Part shown: positions 35,650 to 48,729 of the stretch, piece by piece
Position numbering within the stretch: position 1 is the first letter of the stretch
How the letters are laid out: each line of letters begins with the position of its first letter
From: Squalus acanthias
Lineage: Eukaryota
Assembly (NCBI GenBank): GCA_030390025.1
Contig: CM059438.1
Location: 67,210,001-67,274,000, forward strand
DNA: 64,000 nucleotides
Reading direction: 5' to 3'
Translations under genes and position numbers: made by a program
The notes under the pieces: generated by a model
What the model was told of the DNA's origin: nothing
The model's database searches: none
Seen by the model: only the letters and a program-made list of their open reading frames with translations

Positions 35650-37570
35650 TCAAGGTGTAAATTGGTAGGGAATTGATTAGGAGGCAGAAGACAGACAGTA
35701 GGGTTAAAATGAATCATTTTAACCCCCAAAAGATCGGGGGTTAAAATTATCTGCTTTGGTTTGGGTGGGAGATTAAAAAGCTAAAAAATCTGAAACAGGA
35801 ACCCAACCCGCCCACTTCCGGTTTTAACGGAGGTGGGACGAGGGGCGGGCGACCAATCCGCTCGCAGGAGGTGGGTCAGTCATTGAAATCTTTTAAGGAG
35901 GCTGCGCGCCTCCATTTTAACAGTGATTCTATTTTTAGCCACAGTCGGCCGGGTTTCCCTGGCCTCAGGAAGTCCAGCAGGTAAATGGAGGCAAAAAGGG
36001 CTGAATCCATAAGGTGAGTGCCTTTCTTGCACTGCTGGTGGTCCAGGAGGAGCAGGAGTGTTTCCTCCAGGCCCAACAAGCTAACCTCTGTCCCGCCTCC
36101 CACGATCTGTCCCCTCGCCCCCACCCCCCGCCCTGTAATCGGACCCCACCACCACTATCTGCTCACCCCTCCTGTGATTGAACACCACAACCACCAACAG
36201 CTCCCCCCCCCCCCCCCCCCACTGTGATTGGACACCCCACCACCATCTGCTCCCACTCTTGTGATCGGACCCCCCCAACCAACATCCCCCCCCCGACCGC
36301 AATCGGAACCTCCCCCCGACTACCACTCTGCCCCGTCATCTCTGCCACCCCCCCCAGTAGGCCTACCTGCTCTCGGCTGTGCTACAAGCTTTCCCGCCCA
36401 ACAATCAGGCTGACTGTCGGACGGGAAACCTACAGAAAAAAGTTAGAAGACATAGCAGGATGTTCGGGAAAGCCGTACTTCTGGCTTCCCGTCCATTACT
36501 CCAACTTCCCCCCCCCACAACATCCCCCCCCCACCCCCACAGATAAGATCAGGGCCAATGTGTATGTACTCCAATTGGCAGGTTATGCCTAGTGGTATCC
36601 CCAAGGATCTGTACCGGGGCCCTCAGCTTTTCACTATATTTATCAATGAGTTACATGAAGGAATAGAGAGCCATATATCCAAGATTGCTGATGACACCAA
36701 GTTAGGTGGCACAGTAAATAGTGTAGATGGGAGCAGAAAGTTGCAAACGGACATTGATAGATTAAGTGAGTGGGCAAAACTCTGGCAGATGGAGTTCAGT
36801 GTGGGGAAAGTGTGAGGTCATCCACTTTGAACCTAAGCAAGATAGATCAGAGTATTTTCTGAATAACGAGAAGCTCGGAACTGTGGATGAGGGGTTCATG
36901 TACAGAAATCACTAAAAGCTAGTGGACAGGTACAAAAAAATAATTAAAAGTCTAATGGAATGTTGGCCTTTGTCTCAACAGGGCTAGAATACAAAGGGGT
37001 GGAAGTAATGTTGCAGTTATATAAAGCTCTGGTTAGACCCCATTTAGAGAACTACATTTAGTTCTGGGCACCGCACCTCAGGAAGGATATCTTGGCCTTG
37101 GAGGGGATGCAGCGCAAATTCAAGAGACTGATACCGGGGCTAAAAGGGTTGATTATAGACTAGGCTTGTATTCCCTTGAGTATAGGAGATAAAGGGATGA
37201 ACTAATTGAGGAGTTTAAAATGATTAAAAGAGTGGATAGAGAAAAACTATTTCCACTGGTGGGGTAGACCAGAACAAGGGGGCATAATCTTAAAATTGGA
37301 GTTAGGCCCCATTCAGGGGTGATGTCAGGACACACTTCTTCACACAAAGAGTAGTGGAAATCTGGAACTCTCTCCCCCCAAAACTGTTAAGGCTAGATCA
37401 ATTGAAAATTTCAAAACTGAGATTGTTAGTTTTTGTTAGACAAGGGTATTAAGGATTATGGAACCAAGGCAGGTAGATGGAGTTAAAATACAGATCAGCC
37501 ATGATCTACTTGAATGGCGGAACAGACTCGAGGGGCTGAATGGCCAAATACTGTTCCCACGTTCCTATGT
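35650..37570 (+). mobile_element. CR1 LINE, RT region to 3' end, interrupted by M3
   Basis: [43 protein letters not shown]. Confidence 0.9.
35711..36556. mobile_element. Family M3 element
   Basis: TSD AAT (35708-35710, 36557-36559) inside the CR1; C-rich internal repeats. Confidence 0.7.
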
Positions 37571-38798
37571 AAAGAAATACATTTCCCATTGAAAGGACAA
37601 TTGTCAGTTTTCCAGGGCTGGTTTGGTGATGAGCAAGGACTTGGAACAGGGACAGCTGCTCTCGGTACCAACAATGCAATCCAAAAATGGCTGAGGTTGA
37701 CTTCATACAAACAGACGAAAAAGACAGACAGAGAAAAACCAGCTGGCCATCGAGTCTCTCCCATTCAGACTTGTTGCAACTCAGCAACACGACCCTCAAC
37801 GAGCTATCTAGCAGATTGGGCAATTTGTTGGTGTACAAGAATCTGTGGCACACAAGCCCAGATTCCATGATGACAGTGCATCTTTAAACATCTGTTGTTG
37901 TTTAAGGTGAGATACTATCAGTTATTCTAAATGTGGATATCCGCAGAGAGATTTGTTTTCAACTGTGCATTTATACTAAAGCTTGAGTAAGTCCACCAAG
38001 TTTAAGAGTTACTTCGGTGTGCGGGAGGAGGAAAAGAGTTTTATAATCAGCACACACTTTGGAATGATGAATTGGTCCGGCAATTTTGCAGCTGTTAATT
38101 GTGAAATGATACTGGCGTCAAACTCTCTACAGGCGCAGATGTTTGTGTATCCTCTTATGCACAATTAATAATATCCAGTGGATGACAGATGGAATTCTGT
38201 AATGATTTGTGAAAGAAACAAGAAGGTAAAAGTTGTTTATGTGAAGTGCAATTAAGTTGGGAAAGTGTCAGTTCTGCTTTGATTGGAGAGATTGGCAGCT
38301 GCAATGTGCTGTTTAGTCCAAAGCACAACTAATGGTGCAGCTGTGTTGATGCATTTTTATATAAATGCTTAAACATATGGAACTCCAGGTCAGTGATTCC
38401 TGAACACTCTTTCAATATAATGTGGATTTTTATCACAATTGAAGTTTTACCCTTTTAGTTACTTGTATATGGCTTATTGAATGATTTGTTTTTGCTGATT
38501 CTGAGGGCTAACAGAAGCACCTTGAGATTGGACCGATATATAGCTGTTAAAATACACAAACTGGCAATAAGGCAGGTGCGTTCAGGAGATGTGTCTCATT
38601 TTAATGAGAGCTACATCGCAATGAGCTCCTTATTTCCCACTCAATAAAAGAACACTTGCAAAAGATGACTTACTTTTTAATTATAAATATGTTGTTTAGC
38701 AAACTGATCAATGCCAATGCTAGAGAACAGAATGCTCATTATTAACGTTTTGCATATAATGTGTTCTCAAATCCAGCGCATTCTCAAATCCAGTTATA

Positions 38799-40558
38799 GG
38801 CCACGAATTCACCTACTGAGATGGTCTCAGTGCAGCCGAGGTAAGTGGCGGGTTGCGATCCCGCTCCCGGCTCCAATCCGCTCTTTGAGAAGAATTTTCC
38901 ATTGATCAGGCATGTTAAGCCCGTCCTGCGATGTTCCCAGCCAATTAAAAGGAAGCGGGTCTGATGACCTCAATTGATGACACATCATCAGCTGGTTTCC
39001 TTGAAGGACCATGGTCCCATTCATTTTGACAGTTGTGCTGTCAGTGTTCTGCAGCATTGAGGTGCTGCAAACACTGACAAGCACTGCACAAAGGTGATGG
39101 CTGCACCCATGACTCCCATGAGTCACAGCATGCAGGGAGGTTCTCTTCCCTTCCCATGGGTGGAAGAGACCTCCCCAGGACACCAATGCAGCATGGTTGC
39201 ACAATGCACAGGAGGGCACAAGCAGGGATGTTGTCAGGAGGACCTGGCTGCAGTGACGCAAACCTTTCAATGATCTCAGTAGATCACTAAATGTTACTGC
39301 AAAGCCACACTCAACCTCATCCTGCTGTGCCACTCATCACATCCCCATCACTCTGCTTTCCCTATCCTACTCCTGCACATCCTTACTCACACCAACTTAC
39401 CTTGCACCTCCACCCATCCCTCTCTCTCTATCTACATCATCACACCCCCATCTCACTAGCCACCCCACACACTCACCCTCATCCTTGTCCAATCATACCA
39501 ACGAACAACACACAAGGGTAGGCACTTGGGTGTTTTTGCCAATGTTAATGTAAAGTTTCTGGTGATGTGTTGCCAAACATTGAAATCTTTATTTTCCACA
39601 CTTTCCGTTCTTGGACAAATTTGTGTGCACCTTTGGAAGTGGCTTTGTGAGTTGCAGTGAATGGTGAGACATAACGTTACCCCCCACAATGGTGATGAGT
39701 ATGAAAGGAATGGCTTGGGCATTGCAAGGATGCTTTATGGTGCTGGTGTGGGGTGGTGCTAACCTGGCGCATCATGTGGCAGCCAGGGTGTACAGCGTCA
39801 AGTGAAGTAAACCTGGCCATGGTGAGGCCATCCCTGGCCTCCCAGGCAGCAATGTGGTCGGGTGTTGATGCCCTGTGTCCTGTGCAGCATCAGGTGATTG
39901 CGGAGCAGGTTGGTGTTGTTGTTGGAGATGCTGGTGTGCCTGGTGATGTTGGTGATGATCGTGGTGGGATTCTGAGGACTAATGTGAGATTTTTTCAAGG
40001 ACACCGATGCTGCTGGAATAGATGGCAGCTGAAGATGAGATTACAGAAGCGATCTGTCAATGGTGAGAGAGCTTGCTCCAAGGAGGTGACAGTGGATAGA
40101 GAGTTTACTCCAAACACTTCCAAAGTGCATAAAGCTGAAAAGTGTATTCCGAATCCTGAAGGCTCCAGCTTCTCAGATTGGAAAGTGAACAGCTGTGAGA
40201 TGAGAGCTTTTATACCACTTTTGCAGCTGTCAACTATTCAGAGGAATGGAGAGTCATTGACAGCCCGACCTACTTACCTGACGTGATCCCCGAGCGTCGG
40301 GAACATCGTGAAAAAGTTGGTAAAATGTTAAGTACATGGTAAAATGGTGTTTAAGTACCTTTTAACAAGCTCTTAAGTATCTGAATTGGCTCACCCGCCG
40401 CTTGGTGTCGGGTCTGTAAAGCGCAGACAGACCCGACACTTGCGAAACTGACATGGAGGCGCGTTGACAGCGGGATCTCGACCCGCTGCCAATCCTTTCA
40501 ATTTAGACAGCGAACCCGCCTCCAAACCCGCCCTCCGAGCGCTGGCAAAATTCTGGCC
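38799..40558. mobile_element. Harbinger deletion derivative with a Myb remnant
   Basis: TIR ggccacgaatt/aattctggcc; TSD ATA; RTWLQ*RKPFNDLSR at about 39240-39285 matches RT*MQCRKKFNDLTR of element 2. Confidence 0.78.
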
Positions 40559-40729
40559 ATAGTGTTGGTAACATTGGATTGAGGTCCTTCTGCTCTGCCC
40601 TCGCAATCTGCTTATGTCCCAGTCGGACAGTACCTCCTAATCAGAGGGACGTTCTTGTGTAACTTTCTGGGGCGTTGAAAATGAGCACCACTCCCAGTTC
40701 TGTCACTGGTTACCTCGCTCACCGTGCCA

Positions 40730-41140
40730 AAGAAGGAGATATTAAAAGGGGTGATCAAAACCTGGTCAAAGAGTTGGGCTTCAAGGAGGATCTTAAAGGA
40801 GGAGAGGGAGGTGGAGAGGTGGAGAGGTTTAGGGAGGAAATACCAGAGTGTACGGGCCTAGACAGATGACCAATGGTGGGATGAAGGGAGGCAGGGAATG
40901 CATAGAAGGTCAGAGTCAGAGGATCCGAGAGTTCTGGGAGAACTATAGGGCTGGCGGAGGTTGCAGAGATAGGAAGGAGGAACCCCATGAAGGGATTTAA
41001 ACACAAAGATGAGAATTTTATATTAGAGGTGGTGGGGAACTAGGAGCCTATGTAGGTCAGTGAGGCCCGGGCTGATGGGTGAGCGAGACTTGGTACAAGA
41101 TAGGATACGTGCAGAAGAGTTTTGGACGAGCTGAAGTTTA
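40730..41140 (-). mobile_element. L2 LINE 3' fragment
   Basis: KLQLVQNSSARILSCTKSRSPISPGLTDLHRL. Confidence 0.8.
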
Positions 41141-43329
41141 AGGAGGCTGGCCACGGAACGTGACGAGTTGGGGTATTTTCTAAAATCACAATGCTGAGTG
41201 CTTACAAAGTACACCAATGCAGTATAATAGTATATAACATTTCTCAAGTCAGTGTATGAATGGCTGAAGGTTTTTGCCTCCACTTATATAAAACAATACC
41301 GACTTTCTCCTCAGAGAATGACTGCTCACCAATCACTTCTCTCGATACAACTCATAGTCCTCAGAGATTCTGGACCAAGCACACAGGCCTGATTTTCCAT
41401 GGTACAACCTATTCATAGATTGTGGTACATGATGGGAATAATATTCACCACAACCTATCTAATGTAATGTTCTTCATACATTACGGTCCTATACTGCCAT
41501 TGAGATATGCTGCTATCTTTGCTTTTAATGTAACCAAAACATTCATTCTGAAGTGGAATTATAAATTCAAGCCACCAAATGTTTTGGTAAGATTATTAAA
41601 AATTTTGAGTCACAGAACAGCAGAAGCAGTCCTGTCATTATTGGCTCAGTCAGGCCAACAAATGTCAATGTTTATGAAAAATGTTTCAGCAAGTTGACAA
41701 GAAAAAGACTACCTGTAGCGTGCATCATTGGATTTTAAAAGGAATGTGAGAATAGATTCGAAAAATACTGCAGTTTGAAAATACGTTTCTGTATGCAAAT
41801 GATTTAAGAGAAGTGTGAACAGTACCGGTCATTGTGTATTGAAGCTTAAATGGGTCAGGAAGGATTATCTTGGATTATTTCATTTGGGCAGTTTGGACTC
41901 CAGTCCCATTCAGATAAACTTGACGTTGAAATAAAATGGCAGCTGCACGCAGAAGCAGGAAGCTCCTATGAACATTGTGCAATGTCACTCTCTGAATCGA
42001 ATGGAAAGCTTTCAGTCTTGTGATGAAGAATTGTGCATGTATGGGAATGGTGTTCCTCTCCACCTTGGCCAAGGTTTGTAGCTTTGATTCACAGCTCCAA
42101 AGGCCAGCTATTAGATATATTTATCTGATCTCTGCTGATTGGCGATAGATAGTTTTATAGTACGTTGTTTACTCGGGGTAGCAACAGATAATTATCTCAG
42201 ATGGCTGCCTGTTTATTGCACGCATTGCTCCCTGACCATTGGGTAAAGGGCAGTCCTGTTTCCTGCCAACCTTTTGGAAGCTGAAACGCTGTATCAGATT
42301 TATCAATTGTGGTTTCGCCAGAATGAATGCTTCTTGCCATGAGTTCATTACAATGTTTGTCGGTATCCACAACATCCAAATCTCTACCAATTATTATTAA
42401 ACCTTGGCTTAATACAGAATAGTTTTTGCAATTTGAATATCAAGCTTCATTCCAATTTATTCCACACATTTCTGAAAATAACAGTCTCAGGGATATCTCA
42501 AATTGCTTTTTTTTTTCCAATTTTAGCATGTTTAAAACATTAGGCATTTATACCTAGCTCCAAACAGTATTCTTGGAAGGAACGGACTGTCAAATAGTTA
42601 AGAAACAAACATTTCCGTTGCACTAGAATTACAAGTTTGAACATTTTCGTAAAAATATAAGGTGGAAAAATAACACTTGTCCAAATCAGTATTCAGAAAT
42701 ATACAAATGAACATATTTAAAGGGAAGAATCCTATGGTACAGAAGTTAAAATATGTGTCCCTGAAGTAATTGTGAACACAGTGAGAGATGTAGTTATGGT
42801 AAATTTTTAAACTTTACTGTTTATTAATGAATATTCCACTTAAATCTTAATGGGTTAAGGAAGGGTTGGATCCTGTGAAGATTGAGCATAAGTCAAGCCT
42901 ACCCACTACCGTTGATTTACGGCCATTTCTTTCAATATTTTATAGCATTGCACAGGTGTCTGATGTACTTTCACAGTCTCCACCAAAGTACTATTTAGAG
43001 CAGTGAATTTTCAACATCTTCGAAACCAGCTTTTAAAAATCAATCATCATAAACACAGCTGTCATTATGCAGTGCAAAAGAACAGAATCTGGCAGACAAA
43101 CTGGGAAGCCAATCCCTTAGTAACGCTGATAGTGTGCTACCTGCGTGTGCTCCATCACTAGGCTGTTGGTAGAGAGGAAGCAATATTGAAAAGAAGAAGT
43201 TGTTTTCAATTAAATGAAGTTTATCCATTGAAAGATATGGAGCATTACAGAGCCAAGGGTCTCTGGCTATTAAAAACTGTGGCAAAATATGTTTGTAGGT
43301 TTTATTTGATCATACAGTGCATTATTCCA

Positions 43330-43680
43330 CTGCTGGCTTGAGTTTTTTCAGTGAGCACAGACAAGGAAGGCCACAGGTTCGATCCCCAGTCTCTGCTGAA
43401 TTACTTCATCTCAAGTTGTGTGGTGGTAGAGTCCCACCAATGGGTCTCAGTACCCCTGGGTTAGGGAGGGGAAATGAAATTGGCCTGACTCTTGATGCAT
43501 ATCCTGCTGGCAGTCCATGAGTATGTATGTTGACTCAGGGCAGGATCAGGCTATGCTGCGATGCTCCCCTTGTTGGAATTGCCTCCCGCCACTCAAGGCT
43601 CATAACCAATGATCGGCACTTGGTCAAGGTATTGGAGGGTATTGTGATGTCTTTGGAACTGTGCAAAAAAAACCTTCAGG
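43330..43680 (+). mobile_element. Old tRNA-derived SINE (unassigned family)
   Basis: B-box-like ggttcgatcccc followed by ctcagtacccctgggttaggga; similar decayed copies near 15900-16120(-), 31410-32160 and 50470-50950. Confidence 0.5.
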
Positions 43681-44239
43681 AAAGGGCGGGAGGGGGAAGA
43701 AAATAAGTGAAGAAGACAAACACGGATGCTTATGTAGTCTTTCATCTGCCACATAGTGGCCATTTAAATCAAGTAGAATTTTGAAGAAAAAACACCAGAA
43801 ACAGTATCAACAAAAGTAAGCTTGAAAAGGACCAGGATTTGTTAAATATTGGTTCATTTTAAACAAGTTGCTTTATTTTTTAAATAGCATGCTGCTTTCA
43901 AAACTTTTCTGTTGGAGAAGGGGCAAGCGCAGGAATGGGTATTGATGAGCATTTGTGATCGATTGGATTTCAGGGGCCCCGACAATGCTAAAACCAAGCC
44001 CCCAATAATAGCAGGACCAACCCCAGGCTAGAAAGGAATATAGATTTATATTCTCACTGCACTCACAAGGGATTGTTGGCAGACTCCATCTTGCGGTGGG
44101 GGGGGGGGGGGGGTGGGTGAAGAGATGCCTATTCACAACACGGTTGCCAAGGTATCACACAAGTCGTAAGGCAGCCACATACAGCAGCTACAGCTGCTGT
44201 GATGTTTTGCAGTGTTGTTTTTGTTAAAAATGCTAACAG

Positions 44240-44401
44240 ATCCGATAGATTTTTGAATATTAAGGGATTCAAGGGATATAGGGATAGTTCAGGAAAGTGG
44301 AGATGAGGTTGAAGATCAGCCATGATCTTATTGAATGGTGGAGCTGGCTCGAAGGGCCAAGTGGCCTACTCCTGCTCCTATTTCTTATGTTCTTATGTTC
44401 T
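44240..44401 (+). mobile_element. CR1 (HER1-like) 3' end
   Basis: Near copy of 2672-2837. Confidence 0.85.
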
Positions 44402-44555
44402 AACCCCAGAATGGACTTTCAGTTTGGTTCCGTGTTCACCCCATCACACAGAGAAGCAAAATTAACTTGAGTAGAATGGTACAAGTTTCCATTTCAAAAC
44501 AAGAAGACTGCTCTGCATGATCCCCTATGATTTCAGATTCTAATGTAAAAAAATT

Positions 44556-45406
44556 GGCCCGTAATTTGCAGTCAGCAGTGAAGCAAAGGCGTTCGCCGCT
44601 GGCCCCGAAGTAAGCTTCCCACAAAGATCTTGTAATCTCTGTGGCGAGAAGTTTGGCTTTTCCAACGTGCAGTTGAAATCAACGTAGTATAGTGGGAATC
44701 CCCTAGTGCGAGCTGCTGTGACGTCAACAAACTCTCTAAGCAGCCAATCACACTGCAGAATTTTCACAGACAGGGAACCAAGAAGTAGAAAGCTCTAATA
44801 ATCAAGCACTTTTAAAAAAATTTACAGGGAGTGAAATAAAGATTGGGACAGGCACATTGGGTTAAGGTAGAAGCAGAAATATCATGAACAAACTTAAAAA
44901 AATATATATTTTTATTAATTTCAAAATCTAATCATTTTTAACTTAATTGAGAAATTTGACATTCCACCAATATAAAATTAATTTTTCAGACCCAGGACGG
45001 TTGTTTATCTGTAGTTATTACTCAGATTGCCGTTAAAAACCCAGTTACACCTCATTTGAATGGGTCTAACCTTTTCTGGAGTTTCTAACATAAGAAATAG
45101 GAGCAGGAGTAGGCCATTTGGCCCTTCGAGCCTGCTCCACAAACAGCAATATTTGTTCGGAAAAGGGGAAGTTTTCGTCAGATCAGTGATTTCACTGATT
45201 GCTGGCTCTGGGGTGGGGGGTTGGAGGGTGGTGGGGGAGTGTCCACAGTAAAGCCTGTGGAGGAGCAGTGAATGACAGACCACAACTTCAGGATTTCTGT
45301 GTTAGGCCGTGCATGAGCTAAATCCCTGAAGTTGCCGTCAGTTTCAAAGGCGAAGTGACGGCAAACGCTGCCAGTTCACCATCATCAGGACCGCAAGTTC
45401 CGGGCC
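44556..45406. mobile_element. Non-autonomous Harbinger-like element, family M4
   Basis: TIR ggcccgtaatttgcagtc/gaccgcaagttccgggcc; TSD ATT; contains a CR1 tail fragment at about 45087-45140. Confidence 0.8.
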
Positions 45407-45678
45407 ATTAATAAGTCGCAGGAATAGAAGAAAGCTTGGAACAAAGTAAGCCCATTTGGCCATCAAGTCTTCTAATCCACATTCCATGCACGGCCATCTT
45501 AATTATGAGAAACTCTCCACTCTCCACTCCACCCACTCAAGAACTCTATCTTCTCTTCCTATCCTCCTCCTCATGTGAATTCAATAGCATTTCTATAGCC
45601 CCCACGCCCACCCCCTTTCTCAACAGGTATCAATCCAGTTCCTCTTTAAGGATGTCAATTGGTTCAAATTAAGTACTT

Positions 45679-46131
45679 AGAAACATAGAAACATAGAAAC
45701 TAGGAGCAGGAGTAGGCCATTCGGCCCATCGAGCCTGCTCCACCATTCAATACGATCATGGCTGATCAACCAAATCCAGTACCCTGTCCCTGCTTTCCCA
45801 CACAGAATCCCCATCGAGCCTGCACCGACACATATCCCACCCTATCCCCATAACCCCACGTATTTAATTCCCCCTAACATATCCCATCCTATCCCCGTAA
45901 CCCCACATATTTAATCACCCCCTAACACTAAGGGTCAATTTATCATAGCCAAATCAACCTAACCCGCACATTTTTGGACTGTGGGAGGAAACCAGAGCAC
46001 CCGGAGGAAACCCACGCAGACACGGGGAGAATGTGCAAACTCCACACAGACAGTCACCCGAGGTCAGATTTGAACCCGGGTCCCTGGCGCTGTGAGGCAC
46101 CAGTGCTAACCACTATGCCACCGTGCCGCCC
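45679..46131 (-). mobile_element. HE1-like V-SINE, full length
   Basis: tRNA head gggcggcacggtggc..ggttcaaat; V-domain gtgtggagtttgcacattctccccgtgtctgcgtgggtttcctccgggtgct; CR1-type tail (tttctatg)n; TSD tactt; internal tandem duplication of about 50 bp. Confidence 0.92.
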
Positions 46132-46549
46132 TACTTCTGATCATGTTCCACAGATCCATGTCATTGAGAACTGAGCGGGTACAGAATTCCAACCATGTTT
46201 TTCCTCACACCTGACTTGCAAAAACCTTTGCAAACAAGTTACATTCATTGGAGAGATCAGGATACTCTAAGTAGTGTTTCTAATTTAACTATATACTCAC
46301 AACATATCTAGAAGGGTCCAATTGGAATGAATTTCCTTGTACCTGTTCTACTATGCACCTATGGGCAAGCTCCTGGCCTTTTTATTTTCAATGCGCAGGG
46401 AGAGTAGCTGAGTGCTCCATGTGCGTGTGTAGCTGAGATTGTCAAAGATCCCGGTGAATCGGTCACATCTGTCAATGTTTGTGGCACTAGTATCAGATTT
46501 CTTCAGGATTCTGTTTCGGTATCAATGTTGGTAAATTTTAATATTCACA

Positions 46550-47275
46550 GCAACAACTTACCTTTATATCATGCCCTTAACGTGGAAACGCACCCCAAGG
46601 TGCCTCCCAGAGGCGTAATCAGATTTTAGAAATGGACGCCGAGCCTATGAAGGAGACATAGCAGATCAAAAGCTTGGTCAAAGAGATGGGTTTCAAGGAG
46701 GATCTTCAAGGAGGAGAGTCAGGTGGCGACAGAGAGGGTTTTGGGAAAAATTTCAGAGAATGGGGCCTAGAGAGCTGCAGACACGGCTGCCAATGGTTAA
46801 GGCAAAGTGGTTACTGCACACAAGGCCAGAGACAGAGGAACGGAGAGTTGTAGAGCTGGAGGAGGTTGCAGAGTTAGGAAGGGGTGAAGGATTTAAACAT
46901 GAGGATGAGAATTTTAAGTTGGAGGCATTTGGTGACCGGGAGCCAATGTAGGTCAGCAAAGGCAGGGCTGATAGGTGAGCGGGATCTGCTACAGGATGGG
47001 ATACGAGAAAGAGTTGCGGATTCAGGGCTGGGACAGGGGAGGTTTTGTTTAGTGGTCAAGGTTGGGGAGAAGCAGCCGAGACAGCTGAATAGATGGTTTC
47101 AATCCTAGTGACGAAGAAGTCCTTGAGCTCCTTGTACTTGTTCTTGAAGGTGAGGGTGGAGGTAGCAGAGCGAATGGTTTAAGGAGACAGTTGGCAGTGG
47201 AGAAAGGAAGCTGGGGGTTATCTTCCGAGAGCAGTGGACAGTTTTGCCAAAGGAAAGTGAGACCTGGTAGCACTT
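46550..47275 (-). mobile_element. L2 LINE, internally deleted
   Basis: RSPISPAFADLHWLPVTKCLQLKILILMFKS, plus an upstream ORF2 piece at about 47040-47275. Confidence 0.75.
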
Positions 47276-47942
47276 GATGTGGTCCAGCCAGGCACCTTCA
47301 CACTGGTGGGTAGGATCAATGAGAATTCAAATAACTATATAGTAAATTCAAAAAGAACTGCCAATCAGACACATATTTGAGCATGCCATTCACAATGTTT
47401 GTATTTGAATTGAATCACTTGTGTTTACCCCCACCACCCCCACACACACACCACCCCATCCCCCGACAAAATATAGCAAGATTAGTTGGAACATTCTCTT
47501 GGGAGTGAAGCTGGTTTTTAACTACTTATGCACTGTGACAGAATTGCAGATGCCAACATTATGCTTAACCTTAGACAAAAATGGTTCAATTCGTCACAAG
47601 CACTTGCAAGTAAATGTTATAAAAGACTGAAGTGCAAAGTTCCTATTTGCCTCTTGATAATAATCCAATGTTTGGTCTAATCTGTTTCTAAATTGTAAAA
47701 CACATTTGGCAACTGCAGTTTACCACCATTTAACATGGAAAGACACCTCAAACAATCGAACAAAACTTTGTGTTAACAACCCTGTCACCAATTATTAAGC
47801 ACGTTAAAAATCTTTTGCATTAACCCTTTCTTATTTCGAAACCTTCCTTCTACTTTTTTGTTTTTTTGTACAGCCTTACTTATATTTTATATTCAGCTGT
47901 TTCTTTTTAGATCTTTATTTGTTTGCTAACTCTACTTAATGT

Positions 47943-48358
47943 CAGCAGTGGCTCAGTTGAGGGACTTGAGCACAAAAATCTAGGCTGACACTCCAGTGCC
48001 GTGCTGAGAGAGTGCTGCACTGTCGGAGGTGCCGTCTTTTGGATGAAACGTTAAACCGAGACCCCATCTGCCCTCTCCGGTGGACGTAAAAGATCCCATG
48101 GCACTATTTCGAAGAAGAGCAGGGGAGGTATTCCCGGTGTCCTGGCCAATATTTATCCCTCAATCAACATCACAAAAGCAGATTATCCGGTCATTATCAC
48201 ATTGCTGTTTGTGGGATCTTGCTGAGTGCAAATTGGCTGCCGCGTTTCCCACATTACAACAGTGACTCTGCTCCAAAAAGTACCTCATTGGCTGTAAAGC
48301 GCTTTGAGACGTCCTGTGGTCGTGAAAGGCGCGATATAAATCCAAGTCTTTCTTTCTA
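47943..48358 (+). mobile_element. DeuSINE
   Basis: Aligns with 62530-63010; head partly deleted. Confidence 0.88.
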
Positions 48359-48729
48359 TTTAAATCTGGCCTACACCAGATCATAAACCTGACTGCAAAA
48401 TGGATGTGATGATCAAATTCACTGCAGAACTTTCAGAGCAATATTAGGGAGATAAACGTTAATCCTGTTTATGACTGTGATTTAAAAAAATGTCACGCAG
48501 AATAAAATTCTATAAATACTGATGGAATAATGTAATTTCAAATTTGATTGTAGCACCAACCAGAACGCTTCTGATCAAATAAAGTGACCACATTTGCCAG
48601 AACTTTTACTGATGGCTTTGATAGGTTGGGCACATTCTAAGGAAATTAGAGAAGGAGCCAGTGAACATTTCCACATTATAATCAATCAACCCACCAGAAT
48701 TTACAGAAAGGAAAGTCCAAGCTCTCCTT

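Noticed and set aside
37514..37887. Overlapping ORFs of about 120 aa after an acceptor-like ttttccag
   Set aside because: They start in or overlap a CR1 tail, show no recognisable homology, and have no clear donor.
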